Origin: Anaerolineae bacterium
GTDB lineage: Bacteria > Chloroflexota > Anaerolineae > B4-G1 > SLSP01
Reading direction: 5' to 3'
Length of the DNA stretch: 64,000 bases
NCBI GenBank assembly: GCA_035415725.1
Contig: DAOOGN010000002.1
Location: forward strand, 42,137-106,136
Below, in pieces: positions 36,814 to 46,728 of the stretch (its first letter is position 1; each line of letters starts with the position of its first letter). The notes below the pieces were generated by a model that did not search any database, was not told the DNA's origin, and saw only the letters and a list, made by a program, of their open reading frames with translations. Position numbers and translations under genes: made by a program.

Positions 36814-38820
36814 CTATTCCGCCATCAACTTCATGGCCCGCTCGGCGATTTGGGCGGGGGTAAAGCCGAATTCCTCCTTGAGACGTTGATAGGGCGCGGA
36901 GGCGCCGAAACGGTCGAGGCCGATGATGTCACCGTAGCTGCCCACGTAACGTTCCCAGCCCAGGGTGACACCGGCTTCAATCGCCAGACGCTTGATGACG
37001 TTGGGGGGCAGGACGGTGTGCCTGTAGAAGAGCGGCTGTTGCTCGAAGAGTTCCCACGACGGCATACTCACCACCCGCGCACCGATGCGCCGCTCCTGCA
37101 ACAGCTTCTGCGCCGCCAGCGCGTCACAGACTTCGGAACCGGCAGCGATGAGGATGATGTCCACCCGTTCCAGCGGAGAGTCGCGGAGGATGTACGCGCC
37201 GCGGGCGACGCCCTGCATGGCCTGCTCGGCGGCTTCTTCCAGGAGGGGAAGGTTCTGGCGGGTGAGCGCCAGGGCCACGGGTCCGTGTTTGTGCTCCAGG
37301 GCGACCTTCCACGCGGCGGCGGTTTCATTCGCATCCGCCGGGCGGATCACCGTCAGCCCGGGGATAAGGCGCAGCGCCATCACGTGCTCCACCGGCTCAT
37401 GGGTGGGGCCGTCCTCGCCCACGTAGATCGAATCGTGGGTGAAAACGTAGATCACGGGCAGCTTCATCAATGCGGCGAGGCGCACAGCAGGGCGCGCGTA
37501 GTCGGAGAAGACCATGAAGGTGCCGCCGTAAACCTGGAGTCCGCCGTAGAGCGCCATCCCGTTCAGCAAGCTACACATCGCATGCTCGCGCACGCCGAAA
37601 TGAAGGTTGCGGCCTTCCGGCGTCTCTTTCGAGAAGTCTCCGTAACCCTTCAGGTACGTGTTGTTCGACGGTTCCAGGTCCGCCGATCCGCCGATGAGTT
37701 CGGGGAGGGCCGGGGCGAGGGCGTTGAGCACTTTACCGGAAGCGGCGCGGGTAGCCATCGTGCTGCCGTCGGGGCGGAAGTGCGGCACGGCCTTTTCCCA
37801 CCCGGCGGGTAGTTCACCCTTGAGGATGCGCTGCAATGCGGCGGCCTCTTGGGGATACGCCGCCTCGTAGTCGGTGAACAGCTCGCGCCATTTGGCCTCG
37901 GCGCGCTCGCCCTGGGGGATGGCCAGCCGGTAGTGCGCGATCACATCGTTGGGGACGAAGAACGGCTCTGGTGAAGGCCAGCCGAATCCCTCTTTCGTCA
38001 GGCGAATTTCTTCGTCGCCGAGGGGGGCGCCATGCGCTTTGGCGCTACCCTGCATGTTCGGGCTGCCGTAGGCGATAGTGGTTGTGCAGGCGATCAGGTG
38101 CGGCTGCCCCTTCACCGTTTTGGCCGCGCGGATGGCGGCATCGATAGCATCGATGTCGTGCCCGTTCACGGCCTGCACGTGCCAGCCGTAGGCGCGGAAG
38201 CGCGCCTGCACGTCCTCGGTGAAGGCGATGTCGGTAGAGCCTTCGATAGAAATGCCGTTGTCATCGTAGAAGTAGATCAGGCTATCCAGCCCCAGATGTC
38301 CGGCGAGCGAGGCGGCTTCGTGCGACAGGCCCTCCATCATATCGCCATCGGAGACGATGGCGTAGATGAAATGGTTGAGCAGTGCGAAATCGGGGCGGTT
38401 GAAGCGCGCCGCCAGATGTTTTTGCGCGATTGCCATGCCGACGCCGTTGGCGAGGCCTTGCCCCAGCGGACCGGTGGTTGTTTCGATGCCGAGGTCGAGA
38501 TTGTATTCGGGATGGCCCGGCGTTTTGCTGTCCCACTGGCGGAACTGTTTGAGGTCTTCCAGCGCCATGGGATAACCCGTGAGGTACAGCAAACTGTAGA
38601 GCAGCATGGAACCATGGCCGGCCGAAAGGATGAAGCGGTCGCGGTTGGGCCAGCGCGGATTGCGCGGGTTGTGCTTCAAATGGCGCGTCCATAGGACGTA
38701 GGCGACGTCGGCCATGCCCATCGGCATACCGGGATGGCCGGACTTGGCCTTTTGGACGCCGTCCAGCGCTAAAACACGCAGAGCGTTGATACAATTTTGG
38801 TCTAGGTTTGTTTTTGGCAT
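36814..38820 (-). CDS. tkt: Transketolase
   Basis: Canonical N-terminus ...[30 protein letters not shown]...[18 protein letters not shown], thiamine-diphosphate-binding and pyrimidine-binding regions, full length 668 aa. Confidence 0.95.
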   Translation of the reverse strand: MPKTNLDQNCINALRVLALDGVQKAKSGHPGMPMGMADVAYVLWTRHLKHNPRNPRWPNRDRFILSAGHGSMLLYSLLYLTGYPMALEDLKQFRQWDSKTPGHPEYNLDLGIETTTGPLGQGLANGVGMAIAQKHLAARFNRPDFALLNHFIYAIVSDGDMMEGLSHEAASLAGHLGLDSLIYFYDDNGISIEGSTDIAFTEDVQARFRAYGWHVQAVNGHDIDAIDAAIRAAKTVKGQPHLIACTTTIAYGSPNMQGSAKAHGAPLGDEEIRLTKEGFGWPSPEPFFVPNDVIAHYRLAIPQGERAEAKWRELFTDYEAAYPQEAAALQRILKGELPAGWEKAVPHFRPDGSTMATRAASGKVLNALAPALPELIGGSADLEPSNNTYLKGYGDFSKETPEGRNLHFGVREHAMCSLLNGMALYGGLQVYGGTFMVFSDYARPAVRLAALMKLPVIYVFTHDSIYVGEDGPTHEPVEHVMALRLIPGLTVIRPADANETAAAWKVALEHKHGPVALALTRQNLPLLEEAAEQAMQGVARGAYILRDSPLERVDIILIAAGSEVCDALAAQKLLQERRIGARVVSMPSWELFEQQPLFYRHTVLPPNVIKRLAIEAGVTLGWERYVGSYGDIIGLDRFGASAPYQRLKEEFGFTPAQIAERAMKLMAE

Positions 38821-38845
38821 AAAAATCTCTCCTGGTTATCGTTGT

Positions 38846-39619
38846 TTAGCATCCCCACACCATCTCCATAATGAGTTCGGTTGGGAAGATTAACGTTTCT
38901 CCGGCAGCCTCCGCTTCGGCGACAGCGATTTTGATCCGTTGCACGCCTGTTGCGTACTCCGCATCGCTCAACAAGGCAAGCTGCGACGACGCGTGCCGCT
39001 GTAAAAACGGGTCGTTGAGCACGCTCACATTCGTTTTGTGATCGATGATGCGTTCGACCGGTCGGCGCTCGACGTTCTGAAACCCGGCGGCGCGCATCCA
39101 GTCTATCACGGTTTCCCACGATGGGAAGCGCGCCAGGTCGGTCTCGTAAACGCCCTCGAAGTACTCGTAGATGTACCAGGTATGGCGTTGCTCGCGCGGG
39201 GTCATACCGATCACGGCCAATGCTCCGCCATCGCGCAGCACGCGCCGTGCCTCCTGGATGAACGTCTGTTGCCCGTCCATGTGGTGGATGGCGTTGACAC
39301 AGTACACGAGATCGAACATTGCATCGGAGAAGGGCAGGCGCTCGCCGCGTCCACGGGCCAACCGCAGTCGCAGATTGCGTCCATAGGCTTGGGCCAACAT
39401 CCCTTTGGAGGGATCAAGGCCGTAACAGTGCTTTGTGAACGTATGCAGCTCCGCCAGCCAGCGTCCCGTGCCACAGCCGACTTCCAGCACGCGCTGTACG
39501 TTGAGGTTGCCCGCCAACTCAAGCAGTGTGCGAGCGGTCGCGGGCCGGTCTTTGTCTTCCTCGAACCGCCGGTTGTATGTCGGCGCGAGGGCATCGTAAT
39601 TGACGTGAGTATCCTTCAT
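38846..39619 (-). CDS. Class I SAM-dependent methyltransferase
   Basis: Motif I VLEVGCGTGRWL; motif post-I/II spacing consistent with Methyltransf_11/25-like proteins; 257 aa. Confidence 0.8.
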   Translation of the reverse strand: MKDTHVNYDALAPTYNRRFEEDKDRPATARTLLELAGNLNVQRVLEVGCGTGRWLAELHTFTKHCYGLDPSKGMLAQAYGRNLRLRLARGRGERLPFSDAMFDLVYCVNAIHHMDGQQTFIQEARRVLRDGGALAVIGMTPREQRHTWYIYEYFEGVYETDLARFPSWETVIDWMRAAGFQNVERRPVERIIDHKTNVSVLNDPFLQRHASSQLALLSDAEYATGVQRIKIAVAEAEAAGETLIFPTELIMEMVWGC

Positions 39620-39707
39620 GCTAGAGTCCTTGAAAGGATGTGATCTTTCGATCAGCAGATTGAGGGATGAAGCAGATTCTCTTTACTGTCGCCAAGTGAA
39701 AATCTGC

Positions 39708-40370
39708 TTAATCTGCTGACCGGGCTTCCATATTCGCCAACGCGCGCAAAGCCACGGTGACGCGGCGCGGCGATTCGGTGAGCAGGCCGAGATCCTCCCA
39801 GGACTGCGCCAGCCGGGAAAGGACTCGTCGGGAGATCTGCCCCTGAAAAGCTGCGTACAGCTTGCCGAGCGTGAAGTAGCCGTTCAGTTCCTCGATGGCG
39901 TAGGCGACGATCTCGCGTTCCAGCGCATTCAGCTCCGGGAACGACGACGGCGGGCGCACCTGCGGATCGATGACCGCTGCCGACAGCATCTGCATCCAGA
40001 GGATCGCCTCCTCGATCAGGTGCCCCATCTGGAAATAAAGGCGGTTGGACCACTCGGCCTCGCCGTCCAGATCGTGGATGAAGGGCGGAGAATCGACCAG
40101 CGTGCCGTAGGCGGCGAAGGGGAAGTCGGCGGCGTTGAAGAGGCCGACTGTCGGCGTGACGGCTTCGGCGCGCAACACATCCCATCGCTGTTCCGTCACC
40201 GTGAAGTCCATTTCAAACGTCACGATGATGCCGCCGGTCAGTCGCCAGTACCAGGCCGTGCCGACGCGCCCCTGATAGCCCGGCACCCGCGCCGCGATTG
40301 CTTCCAGTATTTGATCGGCCAGCTTCAATGTTTGATAGGAAGGGTAAAATCGAGCCATACGTATATCCAC
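39708..40370 (-). CDS. Hypothetical protein with C-terminal winged-helix-like segment
   Basis: Longest frame in interval, codon usage consistent with neighbours; no recognisable catalytic motifs. Confidence 0.45.
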   Translation of the reverse strand: MDIRMARFYPSYQTLKLADQILEAIAARVPGYQGRVGTAWYWRLTGGIIVTFEMDFTVTEQRWDVLRAEAVTPTVGLFNAADFPFAAYGTLVDSPPFIHDLDGEAEWSNRLYFQMGHLIEEAILWMQMLSAAVIDPQVRPPSSFPELNALEREIVAYAIEELNGYFTLGKLYAAFQGQISRRVLSRLAQSWEDLGLLTESPRRVTVALRALANMEARSAD

Positions 40371-40427
40371 AATCCTGCAAATCCACGCGCCTCTCCTGAA
40401 ATTCAGGGGACAGGCGTGATTCGCGGT

Positions 40428-43124
40428 TCAAGGGTTGGAATTCTGCGCTGCCACTATCGCGCCAACCCGCTGTTCTTCGTCCTCGCGGGTGGCAATTTCG
40501 CCGTCGAGACGCCCGGCGCGGAGGGCCTCGAAGATCTGCCGGTACACCGGGCCGGGTGCCAGCCCCAATTTTTTCAAGTCCTTACCGGTCAGCAGCGGTT
40601 GGATGTGTCGCCATTCGCGGTTATAACGTTCCAACTTATCTTTGACGCCGGCGTTGTCGGTTGCAATCCAGCCGAGCGCCAGAAGCTCGTCCGGCAAAGG
40701 CTCCAGCCAGGTGACGATATGGCTGGGGCGCTCCAGAGTCTCCACTTGCGCCAGGGCCTGGTGCAAGACCGGCAAGAGACGCAGTCCGGCGCTGAGTTGA
40801 TGTCGCATCAACATACGTTGGACAAGGCTTTCCAGGGATTCCGGGTTCAGTCGATAGACAAACAATCCCCAATAGAGAAAGTCCATCCCCTGCTCAGGGT
40901 CCATGTTCCACAAACCCAGGGCCGGCGTCTGCCGCAGACGCGCGAAACGCTCGTGGAGCCAGGCATCGCTGACCAGCCCCGGTTGGATGTAGGTGAGGGC
41001 GCCGAGCGTTTGGAGTCGATCCAGCGCTGCTTCCGGTTCGGCTTCGCGGAAGATGAGATCGAGTTCGTGGCGGATACGCCCACCGGTGATGCGACCGAGC
41101 AGCGGCAGCGCATCGGCGATCAACGCTTCGCTTTGCGCGTCCAGGTGAAAACCCAGCCGCGCCTCAAAGCGTGCAGCGCGCAGGATGCGGGTGGGATCGT
41201 CGACGAAGCTCAGGCTATGCAAGACGCGGATCACACCGTCTTCGAGATCGGCCTTGCCGCCGTAGAAATCCAGCAGCTCGCCCCAGCGCTGGGGATCCAG
41301 GCGAATGGCTAAGGTGTTGATCGTGAAATCGCGCCGGTGCAAATCTTGCTTGATCGAACTGCGTTCCACCAGCGGCAGCGCCGTTGGATGCTCGTAGAAC
41401 TCCGTCCGCGCCGTCACCAGATCGATAAAGTGGGGTAGCGAGGAGGAGAGGCGAGATGGGGAAAAAGGAGAAGGAGAGACGGGAGAAGAGGAGACGGAAG
41501 AGCGTTGTTGGATATCTTCCTTCTCCTCACTCCCAATTTCTAATTTCTCCTCCAAATCCGCCGGAAGCATCCATTTGACGGTGCCGAAGCGGCTATGGCT
41601 GTGAATCTCTCCGCCAAAATGTTGCGCCAGCGTGTGCCCTAGCTCGATGGCCTTGCCCTCGACGACAATATCGACATCGACGAGAGGTTGCCCCAGCAAA
41701 AGGTCACGCACGATACCGCCCACGAAATAAATGTTGTATCCCAGGTGCGCGGCCTGCGCGCCAATCTGGCGGATCAGTGTCAACAGCGGCTTGGAGAAAT
41801 AGCGCTCCATCCGCTGGACGATGTCTTGTTGTTCGGCGTTCGCTTCCACAAGCGGCAGGTGAATCATATCGGTGCGCGTCACGACGCCGATGAGCTGTCC
41901 ATCCTCGACGACGGGAATCTGTCCCCAGCCGGTGTGGATCATCAACGTGCGCACCCGTTCGGTCGAATCATCCGGCGACACAGTGACCTCGCCAGGCCGC
42001 ATGATGCGTTCCACGGGTTGATGCTCCCATTGATGCTGCATAGCGCGGTCCACAGCATTGCGCGTCACCAGTCCCAGGATTTTACCCTCTGGATCAACGA
42101 CGGGGAACCCTTCGTGCCCGGTGCGCAGCATAAGCTGGGAGACCTGTTGGATCGGATCGGAGGGATGCACGGTGCGGACGCCAAGCGACATCACGTCGCG
42201 CACTTTGATGCGTGGATGCACGAAATCGGGGAGTTTGTCGCGCAATTCGGCGAAGACGGCGGCAGCCGGACGCTGCCGGATCAGCGCGGCGGCGGCGTGG
42301 TTGTGCCCTCCCCCGCCGAAGTGCGCGGCGACGTTGGCGACGTTGATGTCGTCCGTGTTGCTGCGCGCGACCAGTTGGGTGTTGCCGCCAATCTCGACAA
42401 GGACGAACAGCGCCGAAGGGTCGAGCAGATCGCGTAACTTGTGTGCGAGTGTTGAGATCTCCTCATCCGTATCGGGAGGAGACGTCGCCCAGCTCAAAAC
42501 GACCGGATGCCCATCGATCTGTAATGTTTCGACGTTTTCTTCGAGCCTATCGTAGATCATTTGCTGGGTAGGGGTGAGGGGATGTTCCAGGAATTCGGCG
42601 ACGATTCCCAGGTTGGCCCCCTGATCCACAAGCCACGCGGCGGCGTGCAGGTCGCGGGACGCGGTGCCGGCGTAAGTCAGACTGCCGGTGTCCTCGTAAA
42701 TGCCGGCGAGCATTAACGTGGCCTCGACGCGGCTGATAGGGATCATGCGTGTAGAGAGCGCTTCGACGAGCAGCGTCGTCGTCGCCCCCACCGTCTCCCC
42801 CTGGAAACGCCAGCCGTCGGGCAGAACTTCGGGGGGCGTGTGGTGATCGATCACGAGCACGTCGTTGATGTCCTTGCTCATCCCACGGACATAGGTGAGA
42901 CTCTGCGTATCGACCAGGATCACGCGGCGGACGTGCTGTCCGCGGGGGAGTGTATTCGGATCGACGAACGGCAGTTCGACGCCATACAGTGCCAGGAACG
43001 CCTGAACGTTCGCATTGACGCGATGCGGCAGCACCGGCCTGGCGTGTGGGTAGAGCTTGTACGCGCCCAACAGACTGGCAATCGCGTCGAAATCTGCATT
43101 TTCGTGCGTCAGAATGACTTGCAT
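40428..43124 (-). CDS. Multidomain DHH/DHHA1 phosphoesterase - CBS pair - poly(A) polymerase/CCA-type tRNA nucleotidyltransferase fusion protein
   Basis: N-terminal MQVILTHENADFDAIAS and DHH motif VIDHHTPP; GGGH of DHHA1; CBS-like VRDVMS... segments; nucleotidyltransferase head NIYFVGGIVRDLLLGQPLVDVDIVVEG. Start placed at ATG 43124 (domain begins here); ORF track start 43277 adds a Pro-rich non-domain leader. Confidence 0.8.
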   Translation of the reverse strand: MQVILTHENADFDAIASLLGAYKLYPHARPVLPHRVNANVQAFLALYGVELPFVDPNTLPRGQHVRRVILVDTQSLTYVRGMSKDINDVLVIDHHTPPEVLPDGWRFQGETVGATTTLLVEALSTRMIPISRVEATLMLAGIYEDTGSLTYAGTASRDLHAAAWLVDQGANLGIVAEFLEHPLTPTQQMIYDRLEENVETLQIDGHPVVLSWATSPPDTDEEISTLAHKLRDLLDPSALFVLVEIGGNTQLVARSNTDDINVANVAAHFGGGGHNHAAAALIRQRPAAAVFAELRDKLPDFVHPRIKVRDVMSLGVRTVHPSDPIQQVSQLMLRTGHEGFPVVDPEGKILGLVTRNAVDRAMQHQWEHQPVERIMRPGEVTVSPDDSTERVRTLMIHTGWGQIPVVEDGQLIGVVTRTDMIHLPLVEANAEQQDIVQRMERYFSKPLLTLIRQIGAQAAHLGYNIYFVGGIVRDLLLGQPLVDVDIVVEGKAIELGHTLAQHFGGEIHSHSRFGTVKWMLPADLEEKLEIGSEEKEDIQQRSSVSSSPVSPSPFSPSRLSSSLPHFIDLVTARTEFYEHPTALPLVERSSIKQDLHRRDFTINTLAIRLDPQRWGELLDFYGGKADLEDGVIRVLHSLSFVDDPTRILRAARFEARLGFHLDAQSEALIADALPLLGRITGGRIRHELDLIFREAEPEAALDRLQTLGALTYIQPGLVSDAWLHERFARLRQTPALGLWNMDPEQGMDFLYWGLFVYRLNPESLESLVQRMLMRHQLSAGLRLLPVLHQALAQVETLERPSHIVTWLEPLPDELLALGWIATDNAGVKDKLERYNREWRHIQPLLTGKDLKKLGLAPGPVYRQIFEALRAGRLDGEIATREDEEQRVGAIVAAQNSNP

Positions 43125-43130
43125 ACAGTG

Positions 43131-43139
43131 ATTATAACA
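43131..43139 (-). promoter_or_regulatory. Extended -10 element (TGtTATAAT on minus strand) ending 6-7 nt before ATG 43124: candidate promoter producing a leaderless mRNA for the DHH-CBS-CCA gene
   Basis: Minus-strand reads catgTTATAATcactgtATGcaagtc; distance from -10 to ATG equals typical -10-to-TSS spacing; no SD possible. Confidence 0.35.
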
Positions 43140-43291
43140 TGAATGGGACTGACGCAAATTTCCGTTGGGGGTGAGAGCATACGGCGGTGGCCGGGCACGG
43201 TCAGAGACTGGCCCGAGCGTATTTGAATAGGCCACCGTCGGCCCAGGGGTGGGCGGACAGAGAAGGGACAAGAGCAACCCTACGGATTTTT

Positions 43292-43300
43292 CTGTTATAA
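43292..43300 (+). promoter_or_regulatory. Extended -10 element TGtTATAAT upstream of cysS (divergent from the one above)
   Basis: ttttcTGtTATAATgagattgacg, ~48 nt upstream of ATG 43348 which has GGAGGAGG SD. Confidence 0.35.
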
Positions 43301-43347
43301 TGAGATTGACGACTTTGACCCTGTCACTTTCACCGGAGGAGGAAACG

Positions 43348-44730
43348 ATGATGCCCTTGAAATTCTACGATACCTATACTCGTTCGGTGCGCGAATTCGC
43401 GCCCTTGCATCCGCCGGAAGTGGGGATGTATACCTGCGGACCGACAGTCTACGATTACGCTCATATCGGCAACCTGCGCACCTACATTTTCGAAGACGTA
43501 CTGCGTCGCGTGTTGACTTTTAGCGGCTACACCGTCAGGCACGTGATGAACATCACCGATGTGGGCCATCTGACCTCTGACGCCGATACCGGCGAGGATC
43601 GGATGGAGAAAGGCTCGCGGCGCACCGGCATGTCGGCGTGGGAGATCGCGGCTATGTACACCCGGGAATTCAAGGCGGACCTGCAACGTCTGAACATCCA
43701 GGAGCCGACGATTTGGTGCCGCGCGACCGACCATATCGCCGAGCAGATCGAGACCATCCGCTGTATCGAAGCACACGGATTTACCTATCGCACGTCAGAC
43801 GGCATCTATTTCGATACATCGAAACTGCCGGATTACGGCTATCTGGGGCGGTTGGACATTGAAGGCTTGCAATCCGGCGCGCGCGTGGAGCGGGGCGAGA
43901 AGCGCAGCAGCACCGATTTCGCACTGTGGAAATTCAGCCCGCCCGGACAGCAGCGCCAGATGGAGTGGGACAGCCCCTGGGGGGTGGGATTCCCCGGCTG
44001 GCACATCGAGTGTTCGGCGATGTCGGTCAAGTACCTGGGGCCGTTTTTCGACATCCACTGCGGCGGCGAAGACCATATTACGGTGCACCATCCCAACGAA
44101 ATCGCGCAAACCCAGGCGTGCTACGGCACACGCTTGGCGAACTTCTGGATGCACGGCTACTTCTTGCAGATCGATGAAGCGCGGATGGGTAAATCCGCCG
44201 GCAATTTCCTGCGCGTGCAGACACTTCTCGACCGCGGATACGATCCACTGGCCTACCGCTTGATGTGCCTCGGCGCGCACTATCGCTCGCGGTTGAGCTT
44301 CACATGGGAAGGGCTGGAAGGGGCGCAGACGGCGCTCAATCGCCTGCGCGCGGCGGTGTATGCATGGGGCCCCGCCGGCGGGGCGGTGGATGAGAACTAC
44401 CTCGGCCAATTCACAGACCATGTCGGCGATGACCTCAACACACCGCGCGCTGTGGCGTTGACCTGGGACCTGGTCAAAAGCAGCCTGCCCGAAGCGACGA
44501 AAAAGGCGACACTGATCGCCTTCGACCAGGTGCTGGGATTGCGTTTGGCAGAGTGGCAGCCGGTCGCAGAGGCGATTCCCCCCGATATCATGGTGCTTGT
44601 CGAACAACGCGCCGTCGCCCGCCAGGAAAAACGCTGGAAAGACGCCGACGCTCTGCGCGCCCAGGTGACTGCCGCCGGCTACGAGATCGAAGACACGCCG
44701 CAGGGGCCGCGGGTGCGCCGGCGCGCCTAA
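43348..44730 (+). CDS. cysS: Cysteinyl-tRNA synthetase (class I aaRS)
   Basis: MPLKFYDTYTRSVREFAP..VGMYTCGPTVYDYAHIGNLRTY (HIGN variant as in Bacillus CysRS), NITDVG, GEKRSSTDFALWK, Zn-binding HIECSAM..HCGGEDH, KMSKS-like RMGKSAGN; start at ATGATG 43348 after GGAGGAGG. Confidence 0.9.
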   Translation: MMPLKFYDTYTRSVREFAPLHPPEVGMYTCGPTVYDYAHIGNLRTYIFEDVLRRVLTFSGYTVRHVMNITDVGHLTSDADTGEDRMEKGSRRTGMSAWEIAAMYTREFKADLQRLNIQEPTIWCRATDHIAEQIETIRCIEAHGFTYRTSDGIYFDTSKLPDYGYLGRLDIEGLQSGARVERGEKRSSTDFALWKFSPPGQQRQMEWDSPWGVGFPGWHIECSAMSVKYLGPFFDIHCGGEDHITVHHPNEIAQTQACYGTRLANFWMHGYFLQIDEARMGKSAGNFLRVQTLLDRGYDPLAYRLMCLGAHYRSRLSFTWEGLEGAQTALNRLRAAVYAWGPAGGAVDENYLGQFTDHVGDDLNTPRAVALTWDLVKSSLPEATKKATLIAFDQVLGLRLAEWQPVAEAIPPDIMVLVEQRAVARQEKRWKDADALRAQVTAAGYEIEDTPQGPRVRRRA

Positions 44731-44808
44731 CCTCGCAACCCAAGTAGGGGAGATGCGTACATGTTTCTGATTTCTCATTTCTCATTTCCATCAAAGGAGA
44801 GCCATGCC

Positions 44809-45597
44809 ATGAAGAGTCACGAGATCGATTATCAAATTTTTGGTGACGACCTGCAATTCGTCGAAATCGAACTGGACCGCGGCGAAACCGTGATCGCCGA
44901 AGCCGGGGCGATGGTCTATATGGAAAGCGGCATCACCTTCGAGTCGAAGATGGGGGACGGTTCCAAGCCCAGCTCAGGCTTCTTCGACAAAATGTTGGAT
45001 GTGGGCAAGCGCGCGGTCACGGGCGAGTCGCTCTTTATGACCCACTTTACCAGCGTCTACGAGGGCAAACGCCACATTGCCTTCGGCGCGCCGTATCCGG
45101 GCAAAATCATCCCCATTGACCTGGACGAAGTCCACGGCGAACTGATTTGCCAGAAGGACTCATTCCTCTGTGCAGCGATGGGCACGGAGATCAGTATCGC
45201 TTTCAACAAGAAGATCGGTGTGGGCTTGTTCGGCGGCGAGGGCTTCATTTTGCAAAGGTTGCGCGGCGATGGGATGGTCTTCATCCACGCCGGCGGCACG
45301 ATTGTAGAAAAGCGCCTGGAGAACGAGAAAATTATGGTGGATACCGGTTGTATCGTCGCTTTTGAAAGCCAGATCAGCTACAACATCGAGCGCGCGGGCA
45401 ACCTCAAGTCCATGATCTTCGGTGGCGAGGGGCTTTTCCTGGCGACGTTGCAGGGCACGGGGCGCGTATGGATTCAATCGCTGCCCTTCTCGCGCCTGGC
45501 GGATCGCATCCTGCAATCCGCGCCGCACAACGGCGGCGGCAAGACGGTGGATGAAGGCTCGGTCGTGCGCGGCCTGACCAGGTTGATGGGCAGTTAG
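44809..45597 (+). CDS. AIM24/DUF124 (TIGR00266) family protein
   Basis: Characteristic repeated Gly-rich beta segments ([27 protein letters not shown]; [23 protein letters not shown]); AAGGAG SD 7 nt upstream of ATG 44809. Confidence 0.7.
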   Translation: MKSHEIDYQIFGDDLQFVEIELDRGETVIAEAGAMVYMESGITFESKMGDGSKPSSGFFDKMLDVGKRAVTGESLFMTHFTSVYEGKRHIAFGAPYPGKIIPIDLDEVHGELICQKDSFLCAAMGTEISIAFNKKIGVGLFGGEGFILQRLRGDGMVFIHAGGTIVEKRLENEKIMVDTGCIVAFESQISYNIERAGNLKSMIFGGEGLFLATLQGTGRVWIQSLPFSRLADRILQSAPHNGGGKTVDEGSVVRGLTRLMGS

Positions 45598-45635
45598 CGC
45601 GCTGGCGTCTATGCCGCGCGCGTGATAAGGGTGCA

Positions 45636-45670
45636 AACCGCCGGAATCTTTTCGATTCCGGCGGTTTTGT
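45636..45670 (+). terminator. Intrinsic terminator after AIM24 gene: perfect 13-bp stem aaccgccggaatc / gattccggcggtt, loop ttttc, followed by TTTGTG
   Basis: Read directly; perfect reverse-complement arms. Confidence 0.7.
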
Positions 45671-46278
45671 GATCACGTTAAGTCACCTGGCGCTGTGGCA
45701 TATTTTTCCAAGTAAAGTACAATATCGTCTGGTTTATTCCTCCGGTTCTCTGGGACTTCGCCGGGTGATGGAAAAACGGCTTGAGTTTCTGTCACGGATG
45801 ACACGGATTGCACTGATTTTTGTATCTATTCAGGCTAGTAAACCTGACGAAGTCACTTATCCCCTATACCAGGTTTGGCGTGGATTTCGGTATGCCTGGT
45901 GCTTGTGGATGACGAGATAGGCGTGTTTCTATCAGCCCATCCCCCCTCTTTTTCGCCCCCTTCTTCCCCGCTGGCGGGGGAGAAGGGGGTTGGGGGATGA
46001 GAGGGCCAGCGCCTATAGCCGAAGTGTCAACCTATGATGCACCCTCCCCCAAGTCCCGTTTGCCACCTGGCAAGGATGGCTGAATAGTTACTGATTTTTT
46101 ATGCTTTGCGTGTCAATCCGTGAAATCCGTGGCTGGTTTCTTATTTCGACCCCACGAACCCCTGAAGAACCATTCTTTCGCCTGCGGACAGGATCGCCGT
46201 GTAGCGTGAGGGGTCAACTCGCGGCACAGGGCAAATGGCCAATTCGTCCTACAAAGAAAATGATCATAGGAGGGTGAG

Positions 46279-46728
46279 ATGCGCATAAAATATCATGCTT
46301 TATGGTTGCTTGTGGGGGGTGTGTTGCTTGTGGGCTGCGCTACCCCGGCGCCGGCCACGCCACAAGCAGTGCCTCAGGAGACCGCGCCGACAGCGGTGCA
46401 GCCGACCCCGCTGCCGGCGGATGTAACACCCAAAATGGTGGAAGAACTGCGCGCGACCGGCGCAATCGTCATCATCGACGTGCGTGAAGCGGACGAATAT
46501 GCCGTAGGCCATATTCCCGGTGCGGTGTTGATCCCCTTAGGAGCATTGCCGGATCGACTGGACGAAGTTCCCACCGACAAGCCTGTGGTGATGGTGTGCC
46601 GTAGTGGAAGTCGCAGCGCGCAGGCGGTGCAAATCCTGCACAAGGCGGGTTTCACGAATGTGCACAATATGACCGGCGGGATGAATGCCTGGCTGACGGC
46701 CGGCTATGTGCCCGAAGCAGAGCGCTAA
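46279..46728 (+). CDS. Rhodanese-domain sulfurtransferase lipoprotein
   Basis: Lipobox LLVGCATPAP; rhodanese active-site loop VMVCRSGSRS; AGGAGG SD upstream. Confidence 0.8.
   Translation: MRIKYHALWLLVGGVLLVGCATPAPATPQAVPQETAPTAVQPTPLPADVTPKMVEELRATGAIVIIDVREADEYAVGHIPGAVLIPLGALPDRLDEVPTDKPVVMVCRSGSRSAQAVQILHKAGFTNVHNMTGGMNAWLTAGYVPEAER

Noticed and set aside
40020-41312. 430-aa plus-strand ORF
   Set aside because: Antisense to the hypothetical and DHH-CBS-CCA genes. It has low-complexity Gln/Arg/Gly-rich composition and no motifs.
43125-43277. N-terminal 51-aa extension of the DHH-CBS-CCA ORF (track start 43277)
   Set aside because: Pro-rich, not part of the DHH domain, no SD. It overlaps the divergent cysS promoter region. 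ATG 43124 sits immediately after a TGnTATAAT element and begins the conserved domain.
43125-43347. Possible T-box riboswitch upstream of cysS
   Set aside because: The leader from the candidate promoter is only ~50 nt. No AGGGTGGNACCGCG T-box core and no specifier or antiterminator arrangement is visible.
45669-45920. 83-aa plus-strand ORF in the 45.6-46.3 kb intergenic gap
   Set aside because: It overlaps the AIM24 terminator hairpin and has no SD. Composition and codon usage are atypical (AT-richer) and it has no motifs. More likely non-coding DNA or a decayed remnant; kept only as part of the intergenic finding.
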